Positions 48,297 to 58,431 of a stretch of DNA of 64,000 nucleotides are shown here, in pieces (position 1 is the stretch's first letter; the number at the start of each line of letters is the position of its first letter). The DNA comes from a virus, in the IMG/VR virus record IMGVR_UViG_3300036820_000004, positions 55,754 through 119,753 of that record; one strand, written 5' to 3'. Under the pieces are notes generated by a model. It was given only the letters and a program-made list of their open reading frames with translations. It searched no databases and was not told where the DNA came from. A program made the translations under genes and the position numbers.

Positions 48297-49121
48297 TCAG
48301 CCGAGCTGGCTCGCGCAGTCGGCCGCGTCGGGCGCGAGGATGTTCCCGTGGAAGTCCAGGCCCCAGTTGCTGGCCTGCGCGTCGATCCACAGGCCCGAGT
48401 AGCGGGGGCACTGGGCGTCGGTGCCTTCCGGCGCGGTGTACAGCCACCCGGCGTCAGCGCCGAGAGTCAGCGACGCGGTGTGCGCGCCGGGCTGGCCGAG
48501 CAGCACCCAGTTACCGGTGGTGTAGTTGCCGGTGGCCGGGACGCCGTTCTCATCCATCGATACCGGCACGTCCTTGGTGTAGTAGTTCTTGTAGCTGGAG
48601 AAGAACGACCCGTCGTTCGTGCCGCCGGAGAACGTGACCCGCTCGACGACGTCCAGGGGGATGGACGTGCCTCCGCTGAACGCCGGGTTGCCCGGTGAGT
48701 CCTGCCCGGCGATGGTCTGCGTGTACCCGTCATCCGACATCGTGTAGGTGTAGTGGTAACAGTGGATGCCGCCGCCGCAGTCGGCGACCGGGTAGGGCTG
48801 CCACTTGCCGTCCGCGTACTCGTAGCCGCGTTTGCCGCCTGACCGGGTGATCGTGACGACCTGGGTGTAGGTGTCGTACCCCCAGTAGTTGCCGGCGTCG
48901 CCGGAATCCGGGTCCAGCGCGATCTGCGTGGTAACGGTGTGGCTGGCGGCCACGGGTTTTGCTGAGGCTGCGGCAAACCGCAGCTTCGGCGCCCGGGCAC
49001 GGGAGCCGTGGGTGATGCCGGGCCCGGCGTGGACCGGGGCTGCGGACGCGGGCAGCACGCCGAGGCTCAGCGCTGCTGCGGTAGCGGCACCGCCGATGAG
49101 GGCATAGATGGTCTTGCGCAT
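48297..49121 (-). CDS. secreted protein of unknown function
   Basis: Signal peptide MRKT...PASA; GAAAGGA RBS. Confidence 0.7.
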   Translation of the reverse strand: MRKTIYALIGGAATAAALSLGVLPASAAPVHAGPGITHGSRARAPKLRFAAASAKPVAASHTVTTQIALDPDSGDAGNYWGYDTYTQVVTITRSGGKRGYEYADGKWQPYPVADCGGGIHCYHYTYTMSDDGYTQTIAGQDSPGNPAFSGGTSIPLDVVERVTFSGGTNDGSFFSSYKNYYTKDVPVSMDENGVPATGNYTTGNWVLLGQPGAHTASLTLGADAGWLYTAPEGTDAQCPRYSGLWIDAQASNWGLDFHGNILAPDAADCASQLG

Positions 49122-49170
49122 GGTATTCCTTTCATCGTCGGCGCCCGGGTCGGTCCCGGGCGCCGTCCTT

Positions 49171-49413
49171 TCAGCGGGGGATTTCGCGGCTCGCCAGTGA
49201 GCCGGGGATCACCGTCACGGCTTCGAGCACGTCCTCGTGGTCGGCGCACGCCCTGACCGGGCGGCCGCGGATCGTGAGGCCGATTACCTTCGGCGAGGAC
49301 CAGCGGGACAGGCGGAACCAGCGGCGGCAGTTAGGCACGGCGCAGCGACGTCCGGCGAGCTGGGCGCGGGACAGGCCGCTCGCGCAGATACGCGGCAGGG
49401 CAGCAGTGGTCAT
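49171..49413 (-). CDS. small Cys-containing protein divergent from integrase
   Basis: LS.AQL.G..C...C...ACADH. Confidence 0.45.
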   Translation of the reverse strand: MTTAALPRICASGLSRAQLAGRRCAVPNCRRWFRLSRWSSPKVIGLTIRGRPVRACADHEDVLEAVTVIPGSLASREIPR

Positions 49414-49512
49414 CGGATCCCCCCTCAAAAGGCCCGTCCCCGCAGATCAGACCTAGACTGGCCTCACCTGTCGGGCGAACCTGCGACTGCATGTGTATGA
49501 CATCATAGGGGA

Positions 49513-50997
49513 ATGGACAGCGTCCCGCCCCGCGAATACGCCCTTTACCTCCGGAAAAGCAACGGCCCCATAGGTATCCTGCGGCAGCGTACCGCCACGA
49601 CGACCTATATCAAGGGCAAAGGCGGCGTCATCGGTCCCGTGTTCGAGGACGCCGACCGGACCGCCTTCCGGAAGGGCACTGACCGGCCTGAGCGCGAGGG
49701 CTTCGACGAGATGCTCGGATGGCTGAGCCAGCGGAGCGGCGCTGGCGCTGCCGCATGGCACGCCGACCGGTTCGTGCGGGATCCCGAGGAAGCCGAACTG
49801 CTGATCCGTGTGTGCCGGGACCGCGGTCACATGGTCGAAACCAAGGCGGGCGGCGCCTATGACATGTCCACCGCGAACGGGCGCAAGCACTTCCGCCAGG
49901 ATGCACTGGACGCTACCACCGAGGTCGACCACAACACCGAGCGCATCATCGAGCAGAAGGCCGAGGCCGCCGCGGCGGGCCTGTGGCTCGGTGGCCTGCG
50001 CCCGTTCGGCTGGGAAGGCATCCCTGCCGAGCCGGGCAGCGAGACCAAGTTCCTCGGCCTTCGTGTCGTCCCGCTCGAGGCCGCCGCGCTCCGCTCGGCC
50101 GCCGGGGCGATCCTGGAAGGCACCAGCGTCACGTCGATCGCTGCGGAGTGGAATGCCCGCGGCATCAAAGGCACCTCTGGCGGCCCGTGGGACGCCGGGC
50201 GGCTGAAGCGGGTGCTGCTGCGCCCTCGCAACGCCGGGCTCGTCGTCCACAACGGCGTCGAGAAGGGGACCGCACAGTGGGATCCGGTCATGCCGCTCGA
50301 GGTGTTCCGCGCACTAGAAGTGAAACTGAACGGCCGGAGGAAACCGGGCCACCCGTCTGCAAGGGTCTGGCAGGGATCGGGCTTGTACCGGTGCGGGGTG
50401 TGTGACAAGCCCGTTGGCGTGCACGGCGGCACCGGGGGGCATCACCGGACGTCCTACACCTGCCCGGGTCACGTAGCCCGTCAGGCAGTCAAGGTCGACA
50501 AGCACGTGAGCGCTATCGTCACCGCTTACCTTGGTCGCCTGGAAGCCGCCGCCGCCCTGGCCGCGGCAACAGTGCCAAGAGGCGAGGACGTCACGCTGCT
50601 GCGGGCGCAGATCACCGCCATCGAAGGGCGCCGCAAACGCGTCGCCGAGCGTTATGTTGACGGCACGGCTGATGACGACGAGCTCGACGCGTCAGTTGCC
50701 CGCGCCCGCGAGGAAATCGCGGCGCTGGAGAAGCGGATCGCCGAAGCGGGGCGGGTGAATCCCCTCACCAGCGTGGCGGGAGACCAGCGCATCGGTGAGA
50801 AGTGGCCCGGCTACCCGGTCAGCCGCAGGCAGGCCATCATCCGGGAACTGCTCGTGGTACGAATCCACCCCGCCGGGCCCGGCCGGCCGCCGGGTGTCCA
50901 GTGGCCGGAGACATGGTTTGACAGGGACCTGATCGAGATCCTTCCCGGGCCGGTGTTCGGCGCGGCCGCCCCGGCTGCGCCGCTGACCGTCCCGTAG
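49513..50997 (+). CDS. large serine recombinase (integrase)
   Basis: YLRKS, ADRFVR, GG.RPFG, zinc ribbon CGVC...YTC, coiled coil. Confidence 0.92.
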   Translation: MDSVPPREYALYLRKSNGPIGILRQRTATTTYIKGKGGVIGPVFEDADRTAFRKGTDRPEREGFDEMLGWLSQRSGAGAAAWHADRFVRDPEEAELLIRVCRDRGHMVETKAGGAYDMSTANGRKHFRQDALDATTEVDHNTERIIEQKAEAAAAGLWLGGLRPFGWEGIPAEPGSETKFLGLRVVPLEAAALRSAAGAILEGTSVTSIAAEWNARGIKGTSGGPWDAGRLKRVLLRPRNAGLVVHNGVEKGTAQWDPVMPLEVFRALEVKLNGRRKPGHPSARVWQGSGLYRCGVCDKPVGVHGGTGGHHRTSYTCPGHVARQAVKVDKHVSAIVTAYLGRLEAAAALAAATVPRGEDVTLLRAQITAIEGRRKRVAERYVDGTADDDELDASVARAREEIAALEKRIAEAGRVNPLTSVAGDQRIGEKWPGYPVSRRQAIIRELLVVRIHPAGPGRPPGVQWPETWFDRDLIEILPGPVFGAAAPAAPLTVP

Positions 50998-51004
50998 CCC
51001 CGGA

Positions 51005-51181
51005 TCAAGGGCGCACCGGCTGGCACGTGCCGTCCGGGGCCGTCTGTCCCGGCGACCCGGCCACCGTGCAGTACGTGCCGTTCCCGTCGTAGCGGCCTTG
51101 CAGCAGGAGCCCGGCCGTGATCATCGCGGCCACGGCAGCGCAGGCCAGGAGCACGAGCACGGGATGCCGGAATCGCGTCAT
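51005..51181 (-). CDS. small membrane/secreted protein (58 aa)
   Basis: MTRFRHPVLVLLACAAVAAMITAGLLL; below the ORF track cutoff. Confidence 0.45.
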   Translation of the reverse strand: MTRFRHPVLVLLACAAVAAMITAGLLLQGRYDGNGTYCTVAGSPGQTAPDGTCQPVRP

Positions 51182-51295
51182 GAGTGCTGCCTGTTCTGTT
51201 ACCGGAGGGTTGCCAGCCTATGGGTAGCCCGGCAGGCCGGGCTAGGGGGAGAGCGCCCAGACTGGTACCCGGATGGCCTGGGTACGGTCCGCCGG

Positions 51296-51529
51296 GTGAC
51301 CATTGATCATGATGGCGCCACGCCTGTCTACCGGCAGATAGCTGCGGTTCTCCGGGGCCGGATCGAGGCCGGGGTGTACCAGCCGGGCCGCCCAGTGCCG
51401 TCGGAGCCGCAACTGGTCGGCGAGTTCGGCGTGGCCAGGCTGACTGCCCGCAAAGCGGTGCGGGTGCTCGCGGACGAGGGCCTCGTCCTCATCGTCCGCG
51501 GCCGGGGCGCCTACGTCCGCGAGCACTAG
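51296..51529 (+). CDS. GntR-family winged-HTH regulator
   Basis: PVYRQIA...PSEPQL..EFGVAR.T.R.A...GRG. Confidence 0.88.
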   Translation: MTIDHDGATPVYRQIAAVLRGRIEAGVYQPGRPVPSEPQLVGEFGVARLTARKAVRVLADEGLVLIVRGRGAYVREH

Positions 51530-51538
51530 CACCTCAGG

Positions 51539-52039
51539 TCACCAGGTCCACTCGGACTCGCCGTTGTCAGCGCCCGTGAGGATCATCTCCTGGCCGTTCC
51601 CGATACCGGCCAGGTACAGCGCCCAGTGAACATTTTCGAGCAGGTACCTGCCGTCAGACTGCAACCTGGGTATCCACTCCTCGGGGGAGAAGTTCGCCTG
51701 GCAGGAGTTGTCCCAGGCGTGGGCACCGTCGGTGTTCACGCAGCCGGAGCCGTTGTTGACCTTCATCTCGTAGGTGCCGTTCGACTGCTCAGCCCACGCG
51801 ATGTCCGTGGTACAGGTGCCGTTGGACGTCATGATGTCGCCCGCGCCCGGGCTGGTGACGTACCAGCCGTAGCCGTTCACCACGCAGTAGCCGCTGGTGA
51901 GCGGTCCCGCTTTCGCGGCGGCGTGGACGGGTGCCGTGTGAGCGGCCGGTGAGGCCATCGCCGGGGCGGTCACGGCCAGGCCCCCGAGTACCGCGAGCGC
52001 GGCGCCCGCGGCGAGGATCGTCAGTCGTTTTCGTAGCAT
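51539..52039 (-). CDS. secreted ricin-B/beta-trefoil-like protein
   Basis: Signal peptide; NGSGCV, SCQ...EEW, SEW repeats. Confidence 0.6.
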   Translation of the reverse strand: MLRKRLTILAAGAALAVLGGLAVTAPAMASPAAHTAPVHAAAKAGPLTSGYCVVNGYGWYVTSPGAGDIMTSNGTCTTDIAWAEQSNGTYEMKVNNGSGCVNTDGAHAWDNSCQANFSPEEWIPRLQSDGRYLLENVHWALYLAGIGNGQEMILTGADNGESEWTW

Positions 52040-52244
52040 GAGTTCAGCCCTTCGTAAGTGGGGTGAACGTCCCGGGGCTGGTCAGGCCTTGCAAACTCGG
52101 CCAGCCCCGCGGGCGCGGACTGCGGCTGGCCACCTCCCCCCTCTGGTGATGGTCTGTCTGGCCTGAGCCTACGTCTGCCATGCCTGGCATGCTAGGCATG
52201 CCATGACTGGGTTAGCGGGTCATGGCCGTTTAAGGTTTAGCTTC

Positions 52245-52484
52245 GTGATCCGGCCGGTTGACGAGCACGCACCCGAGCCCAGCTACGTGCAGCTGGCGGC
52301 GATGATCCGCGAGGGAATCGAGTCAGGCGAGTACGCGCCGCGGACAGCTATCCCGTCGATCATGGAGATCGTGGGCCAGACCGGGCTGGCGATCGGGACG
52401 GTGCGGCACGCCATCGGGGTGCTTGCTGAGGAAGGCCTGGTGCAGAAGGTGTCCGGCCGCGGGACGTTCGTCGTGCAGCGCTAG
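52245..52484 (+). CDS. GntR-family winged-HTH regulator
   Basis: PSYVQLA...IPS...TVRHA...GRGTFV. Confidence 0.88.
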   Translation: MIRPVDEHAPEPSYVQLAAMIREGIESGEYAPRTAIPSIMEIVGQTGLAIGTVRHAIGVLAEEGLVQKVSGRGTFVVQR

Positions 52485-53169
52485 CTGAGGTAGAGCAGCG
52501 GCCGGCCGAGGATGCGATGTTCTTCCACCCGGTAGCCAAGGCGCTCAAGTTGGACGAGCAGGATGCGGACCGGTCCCCAGCCGTCATCGGCGGGCTCTAC
52601 GTAGGCGACGGCCATCACATCGGCTCGCCGCAGACCGAGCAGCGGCTGGCCGGGTTCTGCGGGACATCCAGGAGCGTGTACCCGAGCCCTTCGGCGCACA
52701 GGTGCCAGCGGACCGGGCGGTGCCGGGAGTCGAAGCACACGCCCGGTGCGTCCACGGGCGGGTCAGTGCGGGCAGTCCCGTCGCTCAGCGGGCCCAGGCA
52801 CCAGGGACAGATGTTCTCGGCAAGGGACGCGGCGGCGTGTGCGTAGAACACGTCGTTTGCCTCTTCGCCCTCGGGCACGGTGATTGTGTGGCCGCTGGGC
52901 AGCGTCAGGAAGTGGTCGGAGTACAGGCTCACCGCATCTCCTCCGGTTCCCAGATCCGCCATAGCCCGCACCCGCGGCACTGGTGCCGGGTGTGGGTCTC
53001 CATCATCGCGTCGGCCCACTCGCTGTGCGCGACGTACCCGGCTGGGTGCGGCTCGTGGGGCTCGCAGTCCGGGGTTGTGGCCGGAGGGGTGACCATGGGC
53101 ATGCCCGGGGTGTAGCCGAGGTCGCAGACGAAGGTCTGCCTACCCATCCTGATCCTCCCTGGTGATGCC

Positions 53170-53670
53170 CTAAGTCTGGCCGAACTCGGACGGGTAGTGC
53201 TCAATCCGGCCCTTGTACGGAGGCTTGACGCAGTGCCACTGGCTCAGGTTCCCGGCCCTGCGGCTCATCCTGAGTGTCTGCCAGGTTCCAGAGCGCACCG
53301 AGAGGGGATCGTGCTCCGGGTAGGCCGGGAAGCCGAACATCATCGTTCCCCGCTGGACAACCTGGTAGTTGCGGTCCGCATAGGAGGTGCCCGGCGGCAT
53401 CTCGATGATTTCCACGTTCCCGCGGTCCGTGCCCAGTCCGAGCCACCAGGGATCTACGCGACTGCGGTCGGCCGGGACGATGACGACGTGCCGGGCCTCC
53501 GGCCGGTGGTCGTGAAGCCAGAGGCCAATGAAGGCGTCCCCGCCGATGCACCCTCCGGTGACGTAGCGGCCGGCGAGGGGGACGCCGGTAATCAGGACGT
53601 TGAGGATGACTTCCCGGCCTCCGTCGTCCAGGTCCCGGGCAGCGGTGAAGGAAATGGTCAGGTCAGCCAT
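53170..53670 (-). CDS. SLOG superfamily (YspA/DprA-like) protein
   Basis: TGGCIGGD, YADRN, RSGTWQT. Confidence 0.65.
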   Translation of the reverse strand: MADLTISFTAARDLDDGGREVILNVLITGVPLAGRYVTGGCIGGDAFIGLWLHDHRPEARHVVIVPADRSRVDPWWLGLGTDRGNVEIIEMPPGTSYADRNYQVVQRGTMMFGFPAYPEHDPLSVRSGTWQTLRMSRRAGNLSQWHCVKPPYKGRIEHYPSEFGQT

Positions 53671-53798
53671 CGCCGCCCTCCACGGGTACCAGCTCGCAGA
53701 CCACGTAGATCTCCCGGCGGCCGAGTTTCGCGTTCTCCTCGCGGTCCATCCGGGCCACCTCCTCTGCCCATTCCCGGTCGTCGTGGATGAAGTCAGTC

Positions 53799-55130
53799 TT
53801 GACTACTCCCCGCCCTGAAGGACGGGGATTCCCGGGCTCACGCCCGAGGGTTCCTGTTTCACGGCCGACTGCACGGGGGTTGCCCCGCCGTGTCTGACAT
53901 CAGCTCCGCAGGCATCGCCGGGGATGCCCCCGGCTACGGCAAGACCTGCCGCACGGATACACTTCGCGGCGTTGATGTCCCGGTCGTGCCGGGTGCCGCA
54001 GGACGGGCAGCGCCACGTCCGGGTACTGAGGGAGAGTTCGGCGAGCAGGTGCCCGCACGCCGAGCAGGTCTTGCTGCTCGGGTACCAGCGGTCGATCACG
54101 ATCAGTGTGCGTCCGTACCGCTCGCATTTGTACTCAAGCTGGCGGCGGAACTCGCCCCACCCGCAGCCGGAGATGGCCTTGGCCAGCGACCGGTTGCGGA
54201 CCATGTTCCGCACAGCCAGATCCTCAATCACGATCACGTCGTTCTGCCGGACCAGCCTCGCCGATGCCCGGTGCAGGAAGTCGGCGCGCGAGGCGCGGAC
54301 CTTGCGGTGCGCGCGGGCCACCTTGGCCTTCGCCCTCACCCGGTTGGCCGAGCCTTTCCGGCACCGGGCCATGCGCCGCTGGTAGCGGGCCAGTGCACGG
54401 GCACGGCGTTCCAGGTGCTTCGGGTTGGCGATCTTCACTCCGTCGCTGGTCGCGGCGAAGTCCTTGATCCCGAGGTCCACGCCGATGGCGTTCCCCGTCG
54501 CGGGAAGCGGTTCCGGCCGGGCGGTGTCCGCGTGGAAAGTCACGTACCAGCGCCCGCACGGGTCCTTGGAGACCGTCACCGACGCCGGGTCCAGGCTGGC
54601 CAGGTCCACCTCAGGCCACGACCACACGCAAGCGAGCGGCGCCGTGGACTTCGCCAGCCACAGCGCGCCGTCCTTCATCCGGAACGCGCTGCGGGTGTAG
54701 GCGGCCGACTGGCGGCCCCGCCGGGACTTGAACCGCGGGTAGCGCGACCGCTTGCCGAAGAACGCGGCGAACGCCTGATGCTGGTGCCGGAGCGCCTGCT
54801 GGAGCGGGACCGAGGACACCTCATTCAGCCACGCCAGATCCGGATCGCGTTTCATCGCGGTCAGCGCCGCATCGGTCTGCGCGTACGAGGTGCTCTTGTG
54901 CTCGGCGGCGTACCGTGCATGGCGGGCAGCGAGAGTCCGGTTCCACACCACCCTGACGCAGCCGAACGTGCGGGCCAGCATGACCTGCTGATCAGCGTCC
55001 GGGTACGCCCGGCACTTATACGCCGTCCTCACCCTTACAGGATACCGGCCATGCGGGTAAAACCGTGTGCGGCACGCCGCACGCCATTCCTCCCCGGCCT
55101 GAAGTCCGGGGCTTCCTGGCGTTGTCAGTC
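53799..55130 (-). mobile_element. IS200/IS605-family tnpB-only element (1332 bp)
   Basis: Related subterminal hairpins; right end GAAT...TCAA; left guide GAAG at +16-19 matching target TCAC (55131-55134). Confidence 0.88.
53803..55032 (-). CDS. tnpB: RNA-guided endonuclease TnpB
   Basis: FGCVR.VWN, GVDLG, IEDL, SSKTCSACG, HDRDINAA; RuvC D-E-D intact. Confidence 0.95.
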   Translation of the reverse strand: MRTAYKCRAYPDADQQVMLARTFGCVRVVWNRTLAARHARYAAEHKSTSYAQTDAALTAMKRDPDLAWLNEVSSVPLQQALRHQHQAFAAFFGKRSRYPRFKSRRGRQSAAYTRSAFRMKDGALWLAKSTAPLACVWSWPEVDLASLDPASVTVSKDPCGRWYVTFHADTARPEPLPATGNAIGVDLGIKDFAATSDGVKIANPKHLERRARALARYQRRMARCRKGSANRVRAKAKVARAHRKVRASRADFLHRASARLVRQNDVIVIEDLAVRNMVRNRSLAKAISGCGWGEFRRQLEYKCERYGRTLIVIDRWYPSSKTCSACGHLLAELSLSTRTWRCPSCGTRHDRDINAAKCIRAAGLAVAGGIPGDACGADVRHGGATPVQSAVKQEPSGVSPGIPVLQGGE

Positions 55131-55190
55131 GTGAGCCGCTCGGGCCGGTGGCTTGCCTGATTGATCTCAGCGACCACGAAGCCCAGGGAG

Positions 55191-55730
55191 TTACCGCGCA
55201 TCGCCGCTGTCCTCTCCGCTCTCAAGTGCGGCCTGAACCCCGGCCGGCAGGGACAGGTAGCCCATGTCGATCACGGCCGGAACCGGGGACCACTCCACGA
55301 GCTGGCCGAAGCCGCCCATCTCCGCGACCTTGGCCTCGTGCGCCGGCCCCGCAGTATCCGCGGGGTCCACACGCGCCATCTCGCGGCGGAGCGCGAGCTT
55401 GGCGGCATGCAGGTGCATCGGCTCACGGTGCTCGGCGTACAAAGTGATCGCCTCGGCGAGCCAGCCGAACGGCGTGTCTGCGGTGAAGCACACCAGGCGA
55501 CCCAGCCGGAAGTGTGATCCGCCCGGGTCGGTGAGCGTGAGCAATGGCTCCAGCACGTCGGCAAGGTCGTACAGCTCGCCCGGATCCCAGGCCTCGGCGT
55601 ACTCGCCCAGTTCCTCGAAAAGCTTCTTCAGCAACGCGGACAGCGGGTCGGGGCTCGGCCGCCACTGGCCGGAGACGCCATGGTCCCGGCACCATGCCTC
55701 GTTGCCGTCGCGGACGATCTTCCAGCCCAT
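55191..55730 (-). CDS. all-alpha NTP pyrophosphatase (MazG-like)
   Basis: KIVRD, KKLFEELGEY, ELYDLADV, K..EMGGF. Confidence 0.65.
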   Translation of the reverse strand: MGWKIVRDGNEAWCRDHGVSGQWRPSPDPLSALLKKLFEELGEYAEAWDPGELYDLADVLEPLLTLTDPGGSHFRLGRLVCFTADTPFGWLAEAITLYAEHREPMHLHAAKLALRREMARVDPADTAGPAHEAKVAEMGGFGQLVEWSPVPAVIDMGYLSLPAGVQAALESGEDSGDAR

Positions 55731-58202
55731 CAGGTGCCGTCCTTCCTGGCCCGGACCTCTTTGTGAGCCCTGTGCCAGCGCCTGCGGGCGGCATCTGACT
55801 CCGACACGCCCGAGGTCTCGCCGCACTCACACAAGGCCACGCCGGTCTTGGAGCCGTACACCCGGAGCCACGGACTGGTCTCGCCGCGCTCGAACGGCTT
55901 GCCTTCGTGGTGGAGGCCGTGGCCGGCCAGGCGGGTGCTACGCATCCGGGCGCTCCTCCCGTACGTCGGCCTCGGGGAGCTTCAGGTAGACGCGCAACTT
56001 CTCGCCGAGGTGCTCGATGAGCCCAGCGACAAGCGCGGCACCGAACTGATCAGACCGTCCGCGGGCTGCCTCGTCCAGGCATCCGTCAACGTCGCGGCAC
56101 AGGCCGTCCTGGACGTCCCACCATTGCTCCCATGCCGCGTCACTGTCCGGCTGCGGCTCGCTCGCTCCAGCGCCGGGCAGGCGGATGCTAGCCATGACGC
56201 CCCTCCTTGCTGAGCAGTTCTCCGGCGATGACCCGCCTCAGTTCGCTCGCGCACTCAGCCTGAGCGTCGTGGCCGGTGGAGAACTTCTCCCAGCGGGAGG
56301 CGGCTTCCAGTGCCGCCTCAACCGCAGCGACGAAGCCCGGAAACAGTTCCGTCACCATCGTGTGCTCGGTCTCTGCGTCGCCCGGCCTCGACCGCGCGGT
56401 CTCAATGAGTGCCCGGACGTGGCCGAGGTAGGCGGTTGCTTGGTCGTCAGCCATCGCGCGCCTCCAGCAGACCGGCGAGCACCAGCACGGCACGAACCTC
56501 GGCCGCTGCCGGCGCTTGCTTGCGGTAGTAGTCGACCTGGACGCGCGTGAGCGGTGCCCCGGCGCGGATCTCCCAGTGCCCGGTGTAGTGGTCGATGGCC
56601 AGGTTGTGGTTCTTGCCGCCGGGGAACCACACCCAGCACTCGCGCACGTAGTTGCCTCGCTCACCGCGGAGCGGGACCGGCATCTGCGGGATGCGCGACT
56701 CGCCGTAGAGGGCGGTCAGTTCATCCAGCCACGGCCGGTCTGTCACGATGATCTCACTCATCGGTGCCCCTCCTCCTTCACGCCCAGCCCGGCGATGTCC
56801 GCCTGGACGGCTTGCAGTGCCCTGGCCAGGTTCGCGGCGTGCATCGCGGTGGCGTGCAGGTCTCTTGCTGCCTGCTCGCATGCCTCCTGCGGGTCGCCGG
56901 TCTTGGCGTCGTAGATGCGTCCCGTGGCGAGGTGTCCCCGCAGGAACCGGTCAAGCTGCTCGCACATCTGCGGGATGCGGCCGGTTGCGGAGTAGAAATC
57001 AGCGACGAGGCGGCAGGCGTCGGCCGGGTAATCCAGGCCGCCCTTGTCGCTCATCGTGGCGTAGGTCAAAAACCGGGAGCAGTCGTCGAGCAGCTGGCCG
57101 GCCTCGGCGGTGCGCTCCGGATTGTGGGGGCCATCCGGGTTCAGGTCGATGTCCATTGTCAGTACAACCTCATGTCGAAGCCGTCGGGGTTGTTGTCGTC
57201 ATCAGCGGACGGCGGCCCGTAGTCCACGTTCCCGGCCGCGTCTACGTACAGGCCGTTGTCCTGAGCCCATTCCAGGTAGACGTCATCGGGGTAGGCCTCA
57301 GGGCTCAGGTTGTGGTCGCGGTACCAGTCAGGCATTGTCGCTCACCCGCACATGGCGGCGAGGATCAGCTTGACCTCTCGCGGGCCGTCGTAGCCGATGT
57401 GATCGAGCACGGTGCCGAACGCCGCGAGCTCGTTCTCACCGGGCGGGGCGAGTGTGGCTGGGTCGATCTCCTCGGAACCCCACTCGGCCTGGCTGTACGA
57501 CCGCCTGAGGACCAGGAGCGTGCCCCCGGACTCGTAGCCGTAGTTCTTGAATGTTACGGGCACGGCTGCCTCAAGACGCTGCTGCCATGGCACGCGGACC
57601 GTCTCGCGCCATTCCCGGCGCTCAGCACCTGTCGCGCTCTCGGGAAGATTGAAGGCGGGCGGTTCCTCGGTGAAGCCGAACAGGCCGGGCATCACCTTGT
57701 TCTCAAGGACGTAGGTGTCGACGCCGAGTTCGTCGAAGTCGTATCCCTCGGCGGTGTTCTCCGGGTCATCGAAGTCGATGCCCCAGGCGATCTTGGCGTA
57801 AGGACTGCTTCCCATGTCAGATTCCCTCCGTAGTCGTCGTCTCAGGTTCGGTCGTCCCGTTGTCAGGCACCAGCCGGAACCGCCACGTACAACGCGGCGA
57901 GACGGCGATGTCAGGGGCGTGACCCCACGACGGGATGCACGCCTGCCCGATGAACGACTTGACGCGCCGTGACTTCAGGTCAAGCACCGCGACGTGGGTT
58001 GCGACCTCGCGCTTGCACCATTCGCAGGTCAGCGGGGAGTCCTCGGTGCCGTTCTCGGCAGGCGCGTGCAGCTGGCCGCCGGGGCACCAGAGGTCTCCGG
58101 GCCGTTCCCCGCTGACAGCGACCCACGAGTTGCCCCCGTCGCCGAGAGGGACGATCAAGGCTCGGCAGCGGCAGGAGATCGGGGTGTGGGTGGTGGTGGT
58201 CA

Positions 58203-58431
58203 TCATCTGAACCCGTCGATGAACTTGCGCAACTCGCCGGGCTTCTCGAACTCGCCGATCATCGCCAGCGGCGTCATCAGATCCCGGACGACATCGCATG
58301 ACGACTCCGTTTTCCGGGTGCTTCCCGAGGTCCGACATCAGCGACGCGATGGCGTTGCCGGTGTCGCCCTGGTCGGCGTACTCAAGCGCCCGGTCCTTGG
58401 CCCACTTCATGTGCTCTGCTCGCGTGGTCAT
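58203..58431 (-). pseudogene. small gene with a one-base frameshift (decay or sequencing error)
   Basis: Deleting one T of 58310-58313 gives ...HPETESSCDVVRDLMTPL...FIDGFR* with normal GC3. Confidence 0.55.

Larger units (their letters stand above)
53663..55201 (-). pseudogene. small hypothetical gene interrupted by the IS
   Basis: Removing 53799-55130 gives MRGNSLGF...RLTTDFIHDDRE...EGGDG*. Confidence 0.75.

Noticed and set aside
49430-49512. attP for the serine integrase
   Set aside because: No convincing inverted repeat; cannot be located by eye.
53792-55130. GACTGAC on both sides of the IS read as a 7-bp target-site duplication
   Set aside because: IS200/IS605 elements make no TSD; guide/cleavage-site spacing places one copy inside the left end.
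55033-55130. IStron (group I intron fused to the tnpB element)
   Set aside because: Under 100 nt between left end and tnpB; no intron core.
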